From an uncultured Syntrophaceae bacterium (GTDB lineage Bacteria > Desulfobacterota > Syntrophia > Syntrophales > UBA2185): a stretch of 64,000 nt of DNA. The notes beneath the pieces were generated by a model. The model worked only from the letters and a program-made list of their open reading frames with translations. It had not been told where the DNA came from and searched no databases. Each line of letters begins with the position of its first letter. The first letter of the stretch is position 1. Made by a program: the position numbers and the translations under genes. The stretch is taken from positions 42,998 to 106,997 of the forward strand of contig CAZMBE010000006.1 of the NCBI GenBank assembly GCA_964564625.1, given 5' to 3'. This document shows, piece by piece, positions 53,642 to 63,310 of the stretch.

Positions 53642-54817
53642 TTACATATTCTTGATGCTCGATATTTTTCTGAGTTGGGTGGTAATTTCAATCAGAGTTT
53701 CTATTACGTAATCAATCTCTTCACCTGTATTGTCCTTTCCGAGGGAGAACCGTATCGTGCCCTGGGCTGTGAGGGCAGGTATACCCATCGCAAGGAGGAC
53801 ATGAGAAGGTTCCGGGGACTCCGTAGAGCAGGCAGAGCCCGAAGAGGCGCAAATCCCCTTCAAATCCAAATGGAGGAGAATAGATTCCCCTTCAATGAAT
53901 TGAAAACTCATACTGCTCGTATTGGGAACCCGTGGAGCCTGTATCCCGTTTATCTGGACACCGTCGATTTTTTCCAGGATGACGGACTCAAAGCGCTGCC
54001 TGAGGTCCGATATCCTTTGCGATGAAGCATTCAGGTTTTGTGTGGCTATGGAAAGCGCCTCCGCCAAGCCGACAATCCCGGGAATATTTTCCGTCCCCGC
54101 CCGAAGGTTGAGTTCATGATGTCCGCCTGTCTGAATCGGCGCGATCGGCGTGCCTTTTCTCACGTAAAGGGCGCCGATGCCCTTGGGGCCATGGAATTTG
54201 TGTCCTGAAACGGAAAGAAGATCAACACAGAGATCATCGACGTGAACAGGTATTTTACCGGTGGCCTGAACGGCGTCAGTGTGAAAAATAATTCCCTCAC
54301 GCTTGGCGAGGGTGCCCACTTCGGAGATCGGTTGGATAACGCCTGTTTCATTATTGGCGGCCATGATGCTGATGAGAATCGTTTTCCTGTCAATACGCCT
54401 GCGCACATCATCGGGATTGATCCGGCCGTTCGAATCCACAGGGAGGCAGGTTACACGGAATCCTTCTTTTTCCAGATCCCCGCATGTTCTCAGTACCGCG
54501 TGATGTTCAATACGGGAGGTGATGATGTGGTTGCCCTTTTCCCTCAGTGCGCGCGCCATGCCCCGTATGGCAAGATTGTCCGACTCTGTTCCCCCGCCGG
54601 TAAAAATGATTTCGTCAGCGGTTGCCCCTAAGCATGCGGCAACCTTTTCTCGGGAGTTTTCCAGGGCGGTCTTTGCTTCTCTCCCCAGCCGGTACGGACT
54701 TGAGGCGTTTCCATACTGTTCCCTCAGGTAAGGTTCCATAGCCTGGAAGACATCGGGATGGAGTGATGTCGTGGCATTGTGATCCAAGTATATCATGGCA
54801 GTCTTTTTGTTCCTCAA
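53642..54817 (-). CDS. nifS: Cysteine desulfurase (NifS/IscS class I)
   Basis: 391 aa. PLP-Lys motif SGHKFHGPKG and catalytic loop SSGSACS. Its start overlaps the stop of the upstream scaffold gene. Confidence 0.92.
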   Translation of the reverse strand: MRNKKTAMIYLDHNATTSLHPDVFQAMEPYLREQYGNASSPYRLGREAKTALENSREKVAACLGATADEIIFTGGGTESDNLAIRGMARALREKGNHIITSRIEHHAVLRTCGDLEKEGFRVTCLPVDSNGRINPDDVRRRIDRKTILISIMAANNETGVIQPISEVGTLAKREGIIFHTDAVQATGKIPVHVDDLCVDLLSVSGHKFHGPKGIGALYVRKGTPIAPIQTGGHHELNLRAGTENIPGIVGLAEALSIATQNLNASSQRISDLRQRFESVILEKIDGVQINGIQAPRVPNTSSMSFQFIEGESILLHLDLKGICASSGSACSTESPEPSHVLLAMGIPALTAQGTIRFSLGKDNTGEEIDYVIETLIEITTQLRKISSIKNM

Positions 54818-55281
54818 TCAGGTCTTCGTGATACCCGCTTCTTTTCATAGTCATCAATCGCGGCTAAAAGTGCGTTAATCCCCATGAGGGAGCAATGCCG
54901 TTTATTTTCGGGAATGCCCCCCAGGGCGAGAACCACGTCGTCGTCCGTGAGATTTTTTGCGTCCGCGATTGTTTTTCCCAACGCCAGCGTGGTGGCCATG
55001 CTGCTTGTCGCGATGGCGCCGGGACAGCCGAAGGACTGGAATTTGATATCGGAGATTCGATTCTCTTTCACCTTAATCCAGAGTTTCATCTGGTCACCAC
55101 AGGAAGGGTCGCCAATCAGGGCATAGCCGTCCGCGTCGGATATTTCCCCCACATTCCGGGGGTTTGTAAAGTGATCTATGATAATCTCGGTATAAAAAAG
55201 CACAGGGCCTTTGTGCGCTTGCGGTTCTTCTTCCGGTTGCTTTTTGTATAGATCTCTCCAGTCATTTGATTTCTTAACCAT
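54814..55281 (-). CDS. NifU/IscU-type Fe-S cluster scaffold (N-terminal domain type)
   Basis: 155 aa. Three ligand Cys in GDPSCGD, FGCPGAIA and KRHCS. Confidence 0.88.
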   Translation of the reverse strand: MVKKSNDWRDLYKKQPEEEPQAHKGPVLFYTEIIIDHFTNPRNVGEISDADGYALIGDPSCGDQMKLWIKVKENRISDIKFQSFGCPGAIATSSMATTLALGKTIADAKNLTDDDVVLALGGIPENKRHCSLMGINALLAAIDDYEKKRVSRRPD

Positions 55282-55496
55282 TTCTGTATTACCTTCTCTA
55301 TTTCCCTAACTATTTATATCCATATAGCTTTTTCTGACAGAAGCCAGAATTGATGCGTAAATATAGGCCAAGGATACGCATGTGTCAAGAGAAGATGAAA
55401 AAATGAAGAGGGAGTGCGGTGTCGATAATTCGGTTTGCGACTATTTTTCCGTTTTGTATATTGGATCACTCCGAAACGTGAAGTACGTGTGGTGGC

Positions 55497-55547
55497 AAAG
55501 AAAAAAGTGATCCCCCGGAAGGCGGAGGTTCTTCCTCCCGGGGGATC
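55497..55547 (-). terminator. Rho-independent terminator of the ZraP-like gene
   Basis: GATCCCCCGG (55508-55517) pairs with CCGGGGGATC (55538-55547). On the minus strand it is followed by ACTTTTTTCTTT. Confidence 0.8.
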
Positions 55548-55562
55548 TGTTAAAAGGAATGG

Positions 55563-56081
55563 TTACCAGTTACCTCTCATCATGCCGTGGCCACCACCAT
55601 GATAGCCATGGCCTCTACCGTAAAATCCTTCACCGCCTCTCATACCTTGGCCATACCCGCGTCCCGGTCTAAATGTTTTCAATTGCTCCTGCTGCTCAGG
55701 AGTCAGTACTTTGAGTACGTTAAGTCTGTGGACGGTCCTTTTATCCTGCATCTGATCCCGGATGGTCCTGATCTCTTTCTGCATCGCCAGTATCTTTTCC
55801 TGATCGGGGTTCTGCTTCAGCCAGAGCAGTCTCAATTCGCCCCGCTTGCTTAACATCTTATCCTGAAGGGGCTTTACATCCTTAAGATGGGCTTCACGAA
55901 GGGCGTTGACTTTCGCTGTCTGTTCTGCAGTCAGGTTAAGTCCGGACAGCGCCGTCACATCCCCGCCGTAACAGTGTCCCCCACCGTGCCCTCTGCCCCA
56001 TCCCGGACCGAAAGCGAATGCGGAGGCCGCAAAAGCAGTCACAGCAACCACTGTGACGAATGTCATTACTAATTTTTTCAT
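55563..56081 (-). CDS. Periplasmic Spy/CpxP/ZraP-family protein (LTxxQ motifs, Gly/His-rich termini)
   Basis: The start is trimmed to MKKLVMTFVTVVAVTAFAASAFA (ATG at 56081, AAGGAG RBS), because a sigma-54 promoter lies inside the longer track ORF. LTAEQTAKV and LTPEQQEQL motifs. GHGGGHCYGG and GHGYHGGGHG tracts. Confidence 0.8.
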   Translation of the reverse strand: MKKLVMTFVTVVAVTAFAASAFAFGPGWGRGHGGGHCYGGDVTALSGLNLTAEQTAKVNALREAHLKDVKPLQDKMLSKRGELRLLWLKQNPDQEKILAMQKEIRTIRDQMQDKRTVHRLNVLKVLTPEQQEQLKTFRPGRGYGQGMRGGEGFYGRGHGYHGGGHGMMRGNW

Positions 56082-56125
56082 GGTTTTATTCTCCTTTGAG
56101 TTTTTTCTTTTTAATTGTGTAGAGA

Positions 56126-56140
56126 GCAAGCGCCGTGCCA
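56126..56140 (-). promoter_or_regulatory. Sigma-54 (-24/-12) promoter
   Basis: The minus strand reads TGGCACGGCGCTTGC, a perfect TGGCAC-N5-TTGC, about 45 nt upstream of the ZraP-like ATG. Confidence 0.8.
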
Positions 56141-56237
56141 CATGGCCAGAGTGTAACGTAACATACTTACTTTGCTTGGTTATTTACGAAATATCCCCCA
56201 CGAGTGACCAGTGTATAGAGATGTGGGGAAGAAAAAT

Positions 56238-58076
56238 ATGGATAATAAGTATCCAATTGTGGTATCCAATTGTCTAAAAAGTATCCAGGCACCTATGAAG
56301 AACACAGAACACAGAAGCAGGAAAAAATTCTGGGCTGGCATTTCACCCTGGTTTATCATTGGGGCGGTCGTTATTTTAGTGCCTATCTTCATTATGATGG
56401 CCCTGGAGAATATTGGCAAACAAAAGGACTACACTACTCAGCTTCTGATCGAAAAAGGAGAAGCCCTCATCAGGTCGTTTGAGGCAGGTGCGCGAACGGG
56501 TATCGGAATGCGCTGGAGCAGCTTTCAGCTCCAGAAACTATTGATTGAAACGGCGGAGCAGGAGGGTGTAGACCACATAATACTCACGGGTACCGACGGC
56601 ACGATCATCGCCGACAGCGACCCCTCGATGATAGGTGAGAGGTACGGTGTGGATCTTGAGCTTGTTCGTATATCCGGATTGAAGAAAGCAGAATGGCGCC
56701 AGGTCCCCAACCTTGAAGGCGCCGACACATTTGAAGTATACCGCCGGTTTGCTCCGACAGAGACATTCGCTCAGGAATTTTTCCGTATGCTGAAGTCTGA
56801 GCGCAGATCCTCTGAATCAGGTACTCCGGGTACAGGCATTCAATCACCCGGTTTGGTCATATTTGTGGGCATGGATATGGGGCCCATTGACGCATTGAGA
56901 AAACAGGACAGGGAACATACGATCTGGATGTCCGTCATTTTTGTTTTGATAGGGATATCGGGCATAATCTCCCTGATCCTCGCCCAGAGTTACCGCTCAG
57001 CAAAGATATCTCTATCACGCATAAAGGCCTTCTCGGACAGCCTGGTGGAAAACATGCCGATTGGCCTCATTGCCATTAACGATCGGGATGAAATCATTTC
57101 CCTTAACCAGACCGCGGAATCCGTGTTCGGATACTCCATCCGGGACATTTCCGGCAGAAAGGCCGGGGATATTCTGCCTGAGCCCTGTAAAACGCTTCTT
57201 GAATCCCTCAAAACCGAAAAAAAAGTGATCGAAAAGGAGATAGAGTGCCCGGTAAAAGATGGGACGATCGTTCCCCTGGAAGTAATAGCGACAGTGTTGG
57301 AAGAGGGTACGGGTGATTTTCTTGGGTATGTGATTCTGTTCAGGGATATTACAGAGATCCTTCACCTCAAAAAAGAGATGGAAAGGAGCCGGCGCCTCGC
57401 GTCCCTCGGAAGCCTTGCCGCCGGTGTGGCCCATGAAATAAGGAATCCGCTGAGTTCCATTAAAGGCTTCGCTACTTTTTTCAAGGAGAGGTATCACAAC
57501 AATCCGGAAGATCGCAAGACCGCTGAAATCATGGTACAGGAAGTGGAACGCCTGAACCGGGTCATCAGTCAACTTCTCGAGTTCGCGAGACCGATTGATA
57601 TGAACAGGCGTTGGAATTCCATTCAGGAAATAATCCGGCATACACTGAAGATGATCGAAGGCGAGGCAGGAGAGAAGAAGATTTCACTCCATGCAGATAT
57701 CCCCGCCAAGCCAGGAAATATTTTCATCGATGCGGATAAAATCACGCAGGTGATGCTGAACCTCTACCTGAACGCGATCAGCGCAATGGAGAGCGGGGGT
57801 ACCCTCGGCGTGGCCCTTTCCCTGTCTGGCGACCGGATGGTACAGATTGATGTGTCCGATACGGGAGCGGGAATTGATGAGGAGGATCTGCTCCGTATCT
57901 TCGATCCGTACTTCACGACGAAACCCTCGGGGACGGGGCTTGGCCTCGCCATCGTTTACAGGATCATTGAAGCCCATGGCGGGGAGATCAGGGTAGAGAG
58001 CGAACGGGGAAAGGGAACAAAGGTAACCGTTCTTCTTCCGGTCGGTCCGGCCACTGCGGTTTCAAATCAAACGTAA
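56238..58076 (+). CDS. Sensor histidine kinase (two TM helices flanking a periplasmic domain, then PAS, HisKA and HATPase_c); ZraS/HydH-like
   Basis: H-box HEIRNPLSSI. N, G1 and G2 boxes (LNLYLNAI, DTGAGI, GTGLGLAIV). The start is uncertain: GTG 56211, ATG 56238 or ATG 56295. Confidence 0.85.
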   Translation: MDNKYPIVVSNCLKSIQAPMKNTEHRSRKKFWAGISPWFIIGAVVILVPIFIMMALENIGKQKDYTTQLLIEKGEALIRSFEAGARTGIGMRWSSFQLQKLLIETAEQEGVDHIILTGTDGTIIADSDPSMIGERYGVDLELVRISGLKKAEWRQVPNLEGADTFEVYRRFAPTETFAQEFFRMLKSERRSSESGTPGTGIQSPGLVIFVGMDMGPIDALRKQDREHTIWMSVIFVLIGISGIISLILAQSYRSAKISLSRIKAFSDSLVENMPIGLIAINDRDEIISLNQTAESVFGYSIRDISGRKAGDILPEPCKTLLESLKTEKKVIEKEIECPVKDGTIVPLEVIATVLEEGTGDFLGYVILFRDITEILHLKKEMERSRRLASLGSLAAGVAHEIRNPLSSIKGFATFFKERYHNNPEDRKTAEIMVQEVERLNRVISQLLEFARPIDMNRRWNSIQEIIRHTLKMIEGEAGEKKISLHADIPAKPGNIFIDADKITQVMLNLYLNAISAMESGGTLGVALSLSGDRMVQIDVSDTGAGIDEEDLLRIFDPYFTTKPSGTGLGLAIVYRIIEAHGGEIRVESERGKGTKVTVLLPVGPATAVSNQT

Positions 58077-58102
58077 TCGCGTGAAGGAGTAACATACTGC
58101 CC

Positions 58103-59467
58103 ATGAAAGAAAAAAATACCATCCTGGTGGCGGATGATGACCTTGCCCATCGTACCATGCTGCGGACGCTTCTCGGCGGCTGGGGATATGAGGTCGCTGA
58201 AGCCGATGACGGCCAGAGCGCCGTAGAGGCTGTTCACAAAAGACCCTTCGACCTGATTCTCATGGATATCCGTATGATCAGGGTTTCCGGGCTGGAGGCC
58301 CTGGTGGAGATCAAGCGTTTCAATCCCGCCATTCCTGTGGTCATCATGACGGCCTATGCGTCGGTAGAAACGGCGGTGAAGGCGCTGAAAGAAGGAGCCT
58401 ACGACTACCTCACCAAACCTCTCGACTTCGACGAACTGAAGATCATCATGGAACGGGCAATGGAGCATAGGCGTCTGCAGGAGGAAAACCGCTATCTCCG
58501 GGAGAGCCTTGCCTCGCAGTTCGATCGGCGGAACCTCATCGGGCAGAGCGGTCCCATGACGAGGCTGATGGAAACCGTTACCCAGGTTGCGCCTTCTGAA
58601 GCAACCGTATTGATAACCGGTGAATCCGGAACGGGAAAGGAAATGATCGCGGGTGCCATCCACTTCAACAGCCGGCGGAAGGATGGTCCCTTTGTGAAGA
58701 TAAACTGTGCCGCTATTACAGAGACGCTCCTGGAGTCGGAACTTTTCGGTCATGAGAAGGGAGCTTTTACCGGCGCTGAAAGGCGCAAAGAGGGGAAATT
58801 CCGGCAGGCTGACAGGGGGAGCATCTTCCTGGACGAAGTAAGTGAAATGTCTCTTGCCATGCAGGTCAAACTCTTAAGGGTGCTCCAGGAGAGGGAGATC
58901 GTGAGGGTCGGCGGCGAGGAAGTGATCAAGATTGACGTGCGGGTTATTGCCGCGACCAACAAGGAACTGGTCCGTGAGATCCATGCGGGCCGTTTCCGGG
59001 AAGACCTTTATTACCGTCTCAACGTGGTGACTCTCCATGTGCCTCCTCTCAGGGAGCGGAGGGAAGACATACCTCTCATCGCCCAGCACTTTTTAACTCT
59101 CTTTGCGGAAAAGAATCACAAAAATATCAAAGGATTTACTCCCCGGGCCATGGATCGGTTGCTGAAATACAGCTGGCCGGGAAATGTGCGGGAACTCATG
59201 AACGCTGTTGAACGGGGTGTGGTGCTTTCACGGTCGGAGTACCTGGACGAAGAAGAATTTTCTCTCATACTCCAGGATCAGCCGCGGTCGATAGAAACGC
59301 CGGCTCCACAAGCCACAACTTCAGCCCCTTCCCTTGATGCAGTTGAGAAGGAAACGATCCTGAGGGCTTTGGAAACATCGGGAGGGAATAAGAGCGAAGC
59401 CGCGAGGCGTCTCGGCATCACCCGACGTACCCTGCACCTCAAGCTGAAAAAATACGGTATGATGTGA
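58103..59467 (+). CDS. Sigma-54-dependent response regulator (REC, AAA+ and Fis-type HTH domains), NtrC/ZraR family
   Basis: 454 aa. Receiver Asp (LILMDIRM), GESGTGKE Walker A, GAFTGA sigma-54 contact loop and a C-terminal HTH (AARRLGITRRTL). Confidence 0.93.
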   Translation: MKEKNTILVADDDLAHRTMLRTLLGGWGYEVAEADDGQSAVEAVHKRPFDLILMDIRMIRVSGLEALVEIKRFNPAIPVVIMTAYASVETAVKALKEGAYDYLTKPLDFDELKIIMERAMEHRRLQEENRYLRESLASQFDRRNLIGQSGPMTRLMETVTQVAPSEATVLITGESGTGKEMIAGAIHFNSRRKDGPFVKINCAAITETLLESELFGHEKGAFTGAERRKEGKFRQADRGSIFLDEVSEMSLAMQVKLLRVLQEREIVRVGGEEVIKIDVRVIAATNKELVREIHAGRFREDLYYRLNVVTLHVPPLRERREDIPLIAQHFLTLFAEKNHKNIKGFTPRAMDRLLKYSWPGNVRELMNAVERGVVLSRSEYLDEEEFSLILQDQPRSIETPAPQATTSAPSLDAVEKETILRALETSGGNKSEAARRLGITRRTLHLKLKKYGMM

Positions 59468-59600
59468 AACGAAAGGCATCGCGAGGTGAAGACCGGCCTT
59501 TCTAAAGCAAGTCACAAAACGGGGTGGCCAGCATTCAGAGGTATTGTGTGCTCACATGAAATGATGTGAAGCGCGATTGTATGTGAAAACGTGATGAATG

Positions 59601-59637
59601 AAAAGAGGGCGCTGATCTAATGGCAACGCCCTCTTGT
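59601..59637. terminator. Hairpin between convergent genes (probable bidirectional terminator)
   Basis: AGAGGGCG (59604-59611) pairs with CGCCCTCT (59627-59634). T-rich flank on the minus strand. Confidence 0.45.
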
Positions 59638-59673
59638 GTCGTAAGACACTTGGAATAATAGCTCCCGTGTGCG

Positions 59674-60864
59674 TTATCTGCCGCTCTTGAAATCGTCTCT
59701 CAGAAGCTCCCTCGTAATGATCATCCTTCTGATCTCGGATGTACCGGCGCCGATCTCCCAGAGCTTCTGATCCAGGAAATGCCGGGTAACCGCGTATTCC
59801 GTGCAGTAGCCGTAACCGCCGAAGATCTGGACCGCGTCGAGGCCTATTTTGGTTCCCATCTCACCGCAGAAGAGAAGCGCTGCGGCGGCCATTCGGTCAA
59901 GGTCCGTGCCTTTTCCGCCGACCTTGTCCTCAAGGGAGTCGTAATACGCGGCGGCGCTGTACGCCATCCATTTGGAGGCGAGATAGCCTGTATACATATT
60001 GGCCAGCTTCTCCTGGATTGCCTGGTAAGAAGCGATGGGCTTACCGAACTGTACCCTTTCCTTGGCGTACTTGAGGGAAAGCTCGAGACAGCTCCTCTGG
60101 CTGCCGAGGGTACAGCCGCAAAGGGTGATCCGCTCCGTGCAGAGACCGCTCGTGAGGACTGCGACGCCCTTGTTCAGGCCTCCTATGAGGTTCTCCTCAG
60201 GAAGTTCCAAGTCCTCGAAGGTGACCAGCCCCGTGGGGGATGTCCTCATGCCCCATTTCTTGATTTTCTCCACGGTAACGCCCTTGACCTTATCGAATTC
60301 GAAGGAGAAAGCGGAAATGCCCTTGGCGCCCGCGGCTGGATCGGTCTTCGCGTAAAAGACCATGAAATCGGCGACGGGGGAGTTGGTGATGAAGATCTTG
60401 CTCCCGTTGATGATGTATTTGTCGCCCTTCTTTTCAGCTTTTGTCGCCATGCTCATGGCGTCGGAACCTGCATTAGGCTCCGTAATGCCGAGGCAGCCGA
60501 TCCATTCACCGGTGCACGACTTGGGAAGGACATACATCTTCTGCTCTTCCGTGGCATTTCGTCTGAAGTTGTCGAAACAAAGGGTCTGGCTTGCACCGAC
60601 GCTCATGGACAGGGCATTGCTTATCCGGGCGATCGTCTCATACACGAGAAGCGTATCTACATAGCCTAGAGCGGAACCGCCGTATTTTTCCTCGAAGACG
60701 ATCCCGTTGACACCAAGATTTCCCAGTTCCCTGAATAAGTTCGGGGGCATTTCATCTATTTCATACATATGTTCCATCTGCGGTTCCAGCCAGTTGACTG
60801 CCCACTTGTGGACGCTTTCCTCCAACCATCGCTGCTCATCTGTGAAAGTGAAATCTAACGCCAT
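59674..60864 (-). CDS. Acyl-CoA dehydrogenase
   Basis: 396 aa. All three ACAD domains are present. GLGITEPNAGSD-type motif (CLGITEPNAGSD), and the catalytic-base region has the C-terminal YEIGAGTSEI-type pattern (WEIGAGTSEI). Confidence 0.9.
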   Translation of the reverse strand: MALDFTFTDEQRWLEESVHKWAVNWLEPQMEHMYEIDEMPPNLFRELGNLGVNGIVFEEKYGGSALGYVDTLLVYETIARISNALSMSVGASQTLCFDNFRRNATEEQKMYVLPKSCTGEWIGCLGITEPNAGSDAMSMATKAEKKGDKYIINGSKIFITNSPVADFMVFYAKTDPAAGAKGISAFSFEFDKVKGVTVEKIKKWGMRTSPTGLVTFEDLELPEENLIGGLNKGVAVLTSGLCTERITLCGCTLGSQRSCLELSLKYAKERVQFGKPIASYQAIQEKLANMYTGYLASKWMAYSAAAYYDSLEDKVGGKGTDLDRMAAAALLFCGEMGTKIGLDAVQIFGGYGYCTEYAVTRHFLDQKLWEIGAGTSEIRRMIITRELLRDDFKSGR

Positions 60865-61008
60865 ACACTACCTCCTTAACTATACATTGACTTTGCTGTA
60901 CCGGCTGTGGAAACCGCACGCGAAAGTTCTTATATGACTGCTTCTATCCGGTACGCTCGCGAAACCAGGATGTTCACGGGTTCAGCGAGTCTTAGAACGC
61001 GAAACAAC

Positions 61009-62523
61009 TTATTTGGCTGACTGGTAGCCCTGATCCCAATCGAATCCGGAGAATTCGCCATGCAACCCCATCTTGTAATTTCGTCTGTCAGAATAGGAGG
61101 GATATCGCCTGGTTTTCCCTTCCACCGGCAGCATGGAGACGGGGAATTTCGGAGCCAGCAGACCGTTTTCGTGGGCCGCCTTCTCCAGCATTTCCCGGTC
61201 ATCGGGATGGGCAATGGAGATCAGCGCCGCTGCCCTTTCATAACCGCTCAATCCCCTCAAGTTCACGATGCCGTACTCCGTGCAAATGTAATTCGATAAC
61301 TGGGCCGGTACATCCACCGTTGATCCTTCGGGCAGGAAGGGAACGATCCTCGATGTGCCGTGCTTGCTCCTCGCCGTCATGGAGGCGACGCCGCGCCCTC
61401 CTTTCGACTGGGCGCAGAAGGCAACGAAATGGAAGTAACCGCCGGTACTCGAAATCGGGCGTTTTTCATAGAAACCGGAGCACTGCTGGCCGAGAAGGTC
61501 AACGGCCACGCAGTTATCAATGGCGATCATGTTGTCGAGCCTGCTGAGATTATGCAGGTTATTGGTGTAGCTGATATCGTAGACCGCCAGGTTCTGGTTC
61601 CGGTGGATTGTGTCATAGTACCACTTTACGTCCACGGGGAAGGCAAAGGTATAGACACTCTTGCCGCGGTCGGCGGGGAGGGTCTTGTACGCGTTGGTCA
61701 CCTGGCCCGATTCTATCATCTTGATGAGGCCGGCATTGAGCATCTCCGTGTGGATGCCGAGATCCTTGAATCCCGCATCGGCCATAGCGCCGACACATGC
61801 GGAGGGAAGGGAACCGATTCCGAGCTGGATGATGTCCCTGTCTCTCATGATCGTCATGATATGCTTGGCAATGGCCTCTTCCTCGGGCTTTGCCTTAATG
61901 GCCTTTTCATTGATCTGGGGCCATTTATATTTCTCGCAATCCACCTCGACCCAGTAGTCGATTTCATCGATATTGATGGTGTTGAAACGGCCGCCTTCGG
62001 CCCAGGGATAATCTGCGCGAACCTCAATGACTTTTTTCTTTGCGCACTGACTGAAGATATTGGCGTTGTTGGTGCCGTACGCGAAATTGGCAAAGCCGCG
62101 CTCATCGAAAGGCGATGCGGCATTCCACCACCAGTCAAACCCGCGGTTTTCCTTTAACGCACTGGTGAAGCGATAATGGCAGAACCACATGCCCATCGCC
62201 CATCCCCAATGAGCCCAGTCGCTCACATTATTCGTATCCCTGGCCTTGCGGTTCCAGGGGAAGAAGAAATATTCATGGATACAGTGAAATTCCTGCAGGG
62301 GGTCAACCTGTTGAAATTCGGGGTGGGGGAAGAAGCTCGCGTATAACCAGAGTTCAATGTCTTTCAGCGTGGGGCCGATCCTCTTTGCCAATTCCTTCAT
62401 ACACTCTGTTGAATCGCCTCCAACCGAACCCGGCTGGATCCAGTCTCCGGATTTGACCATATCCAGAATCTGCTGGGTCGTTCTCTTCTTATCACGAATC
62501 TTCTGTTGAATAGGTGTCGTCAT
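61009..62523 (-). CDS. Acetyl-CoA hydrolase/transferase family protein (4-hydroxybutyrate-CoA-transferase-like), divergent
   Basis: 504 aa. QLGIGSLPSA...DLGIHTEML and the C-terminal SRIVPFL pattern match the family. RBS is AAGGAGGG. Confidence 0.7.
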   Translation of the reverse strand: MTTPIQQKIRDKKRTTQQILDMVKSGDWIQPGSVGGDSTECMKELAKRIGPTLKDIELWLYASFFPHPEFQQVDPLQEFHCIHEYFFFPWNRKARDTNNVSDWAHWGWAMGMWFCHYRFTSALKENRGFDWWWNAASPFDERGFANFAYGTNNANIFSQCAKKKVIEVRADYPWAEGGRFNTINIDEIDYWVEVDCEKYKWPQINEKAIKAKPEEEAIAKHIMTIMRDRDIIQLGIGSLPSACVGAMADAGFKDLGIHTEMLNAGLIKMIESGQVTNAYKTLPADRGKSVYTFAFPVDVKWYYDTIHRNQNLAVYDISYTNNLHNLSRLDNMIAIDNCVAVDLLGQQCSGFYEKRPISSTGGYFHFVAFCAQSKGGRGVASMTARSKHGTSRIVPFLPEGSTVDVPAQLSNYICTEYGIVNLRGLSGYERAAALISIAHPDDREMLEKAAHENGLLAPKFPVSMLPVEGKTRRYPSYSDRRNYKMGLHGEFSGFDWDQGYQSAK

Positions 62524-63310
62524 AGTGATTCCCTCCTTAAATCAATGTAATTTTATTCCATCAATATGAATTTATTCAGCTATTCTGGCACACCACTTGA
62601 AGTTACAATATTTTTATCCCGCATAAATCTTTCCGAAGAAATGAATTTCTAAAATATGCAAGCTATTCGTGAGCGTTGAGAACATATTCCGCCCGCCTAC
62701 TGTGGAATTGACAAGGTTCATGGGGCGTCTGTGCATAGTTGCAACGGTATGGCAGTTCAAAATCTTGATGGTAACCCGTAAAAAATTATTCTCTTTGTCA
62801 ACGCGTTAAGCTGGGCTTTCAGTTTTTTCATCTATCGCGAATGCCATGGCATATCGCATACCATGATTGATTTTTCAAGCATAAGTAACGAAATAGGGCA
62901 ATTTTCCAGAAACGTTGCCATTTTTTTCAGGATTCAAGGGGTTGAATCGGGTGCAGGTACGATGCGAGCTATGTCTTCTCTCCCGGGTAGAAGGAAAAGA
63001 CGGTCGGAAAGGGGTTCTCTTCCAGGGCCATCATGCACGACCGGCAGGTATGTCCAGAATGGCTTTGACAGGAAGGGGCGTGATGTACCCGAAGGCAGCC
63101 CGCTTTTTGGGATGTAACGACCGTTGTATCGCAAGAACCGGGCATCTTATGAAATCGATAATGGATGTGACCTGCTATGGGAGGCCAAAAGGACAGACTG
63201 GAACAGAGCTTCGTGACAAAAACATACAGTGCCGTTTTCAGTCAGTCGTTGTAAGGAATGGTTTCCGTCATTACAATCCTTTATGATATAGTAAGGTCAA
63301 TAGTACAACC

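Noticed and set aside
55563-56141. 192-aa version of the ZraP-like ORF. The same applies to the long starts at 43750 (fprA), 46055 (mrp), 36024 (leuA), 50673 (second YeeE half) and 18529 (small lipoprotein).
   Set aside because: Internal ATGs have proper Shine-Dalgarno sequences and give native-looking N-termini. The extensions overlap promoters, terminators or upstream genes.
62586-62601. TGGCACACCACTTGAA as a sigma-54 promoter.
   Set aside because: The -12 element is GA instead of the near-invariant GC. The element also points into a region with no credible gene. It is kept only as a remark within the intergenic-gap finding.
62930-63130. Minus-strand AGCCATTCTGGACATACCTGCCGG, reminiscent of the cobalamin-riboswitch B12 box.
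   Set aside because: The match needs an insertion within the box. The upstream conserved GGGAA / GGTG / CCCGC elements are not present, and the downstream gene is not B12-related.
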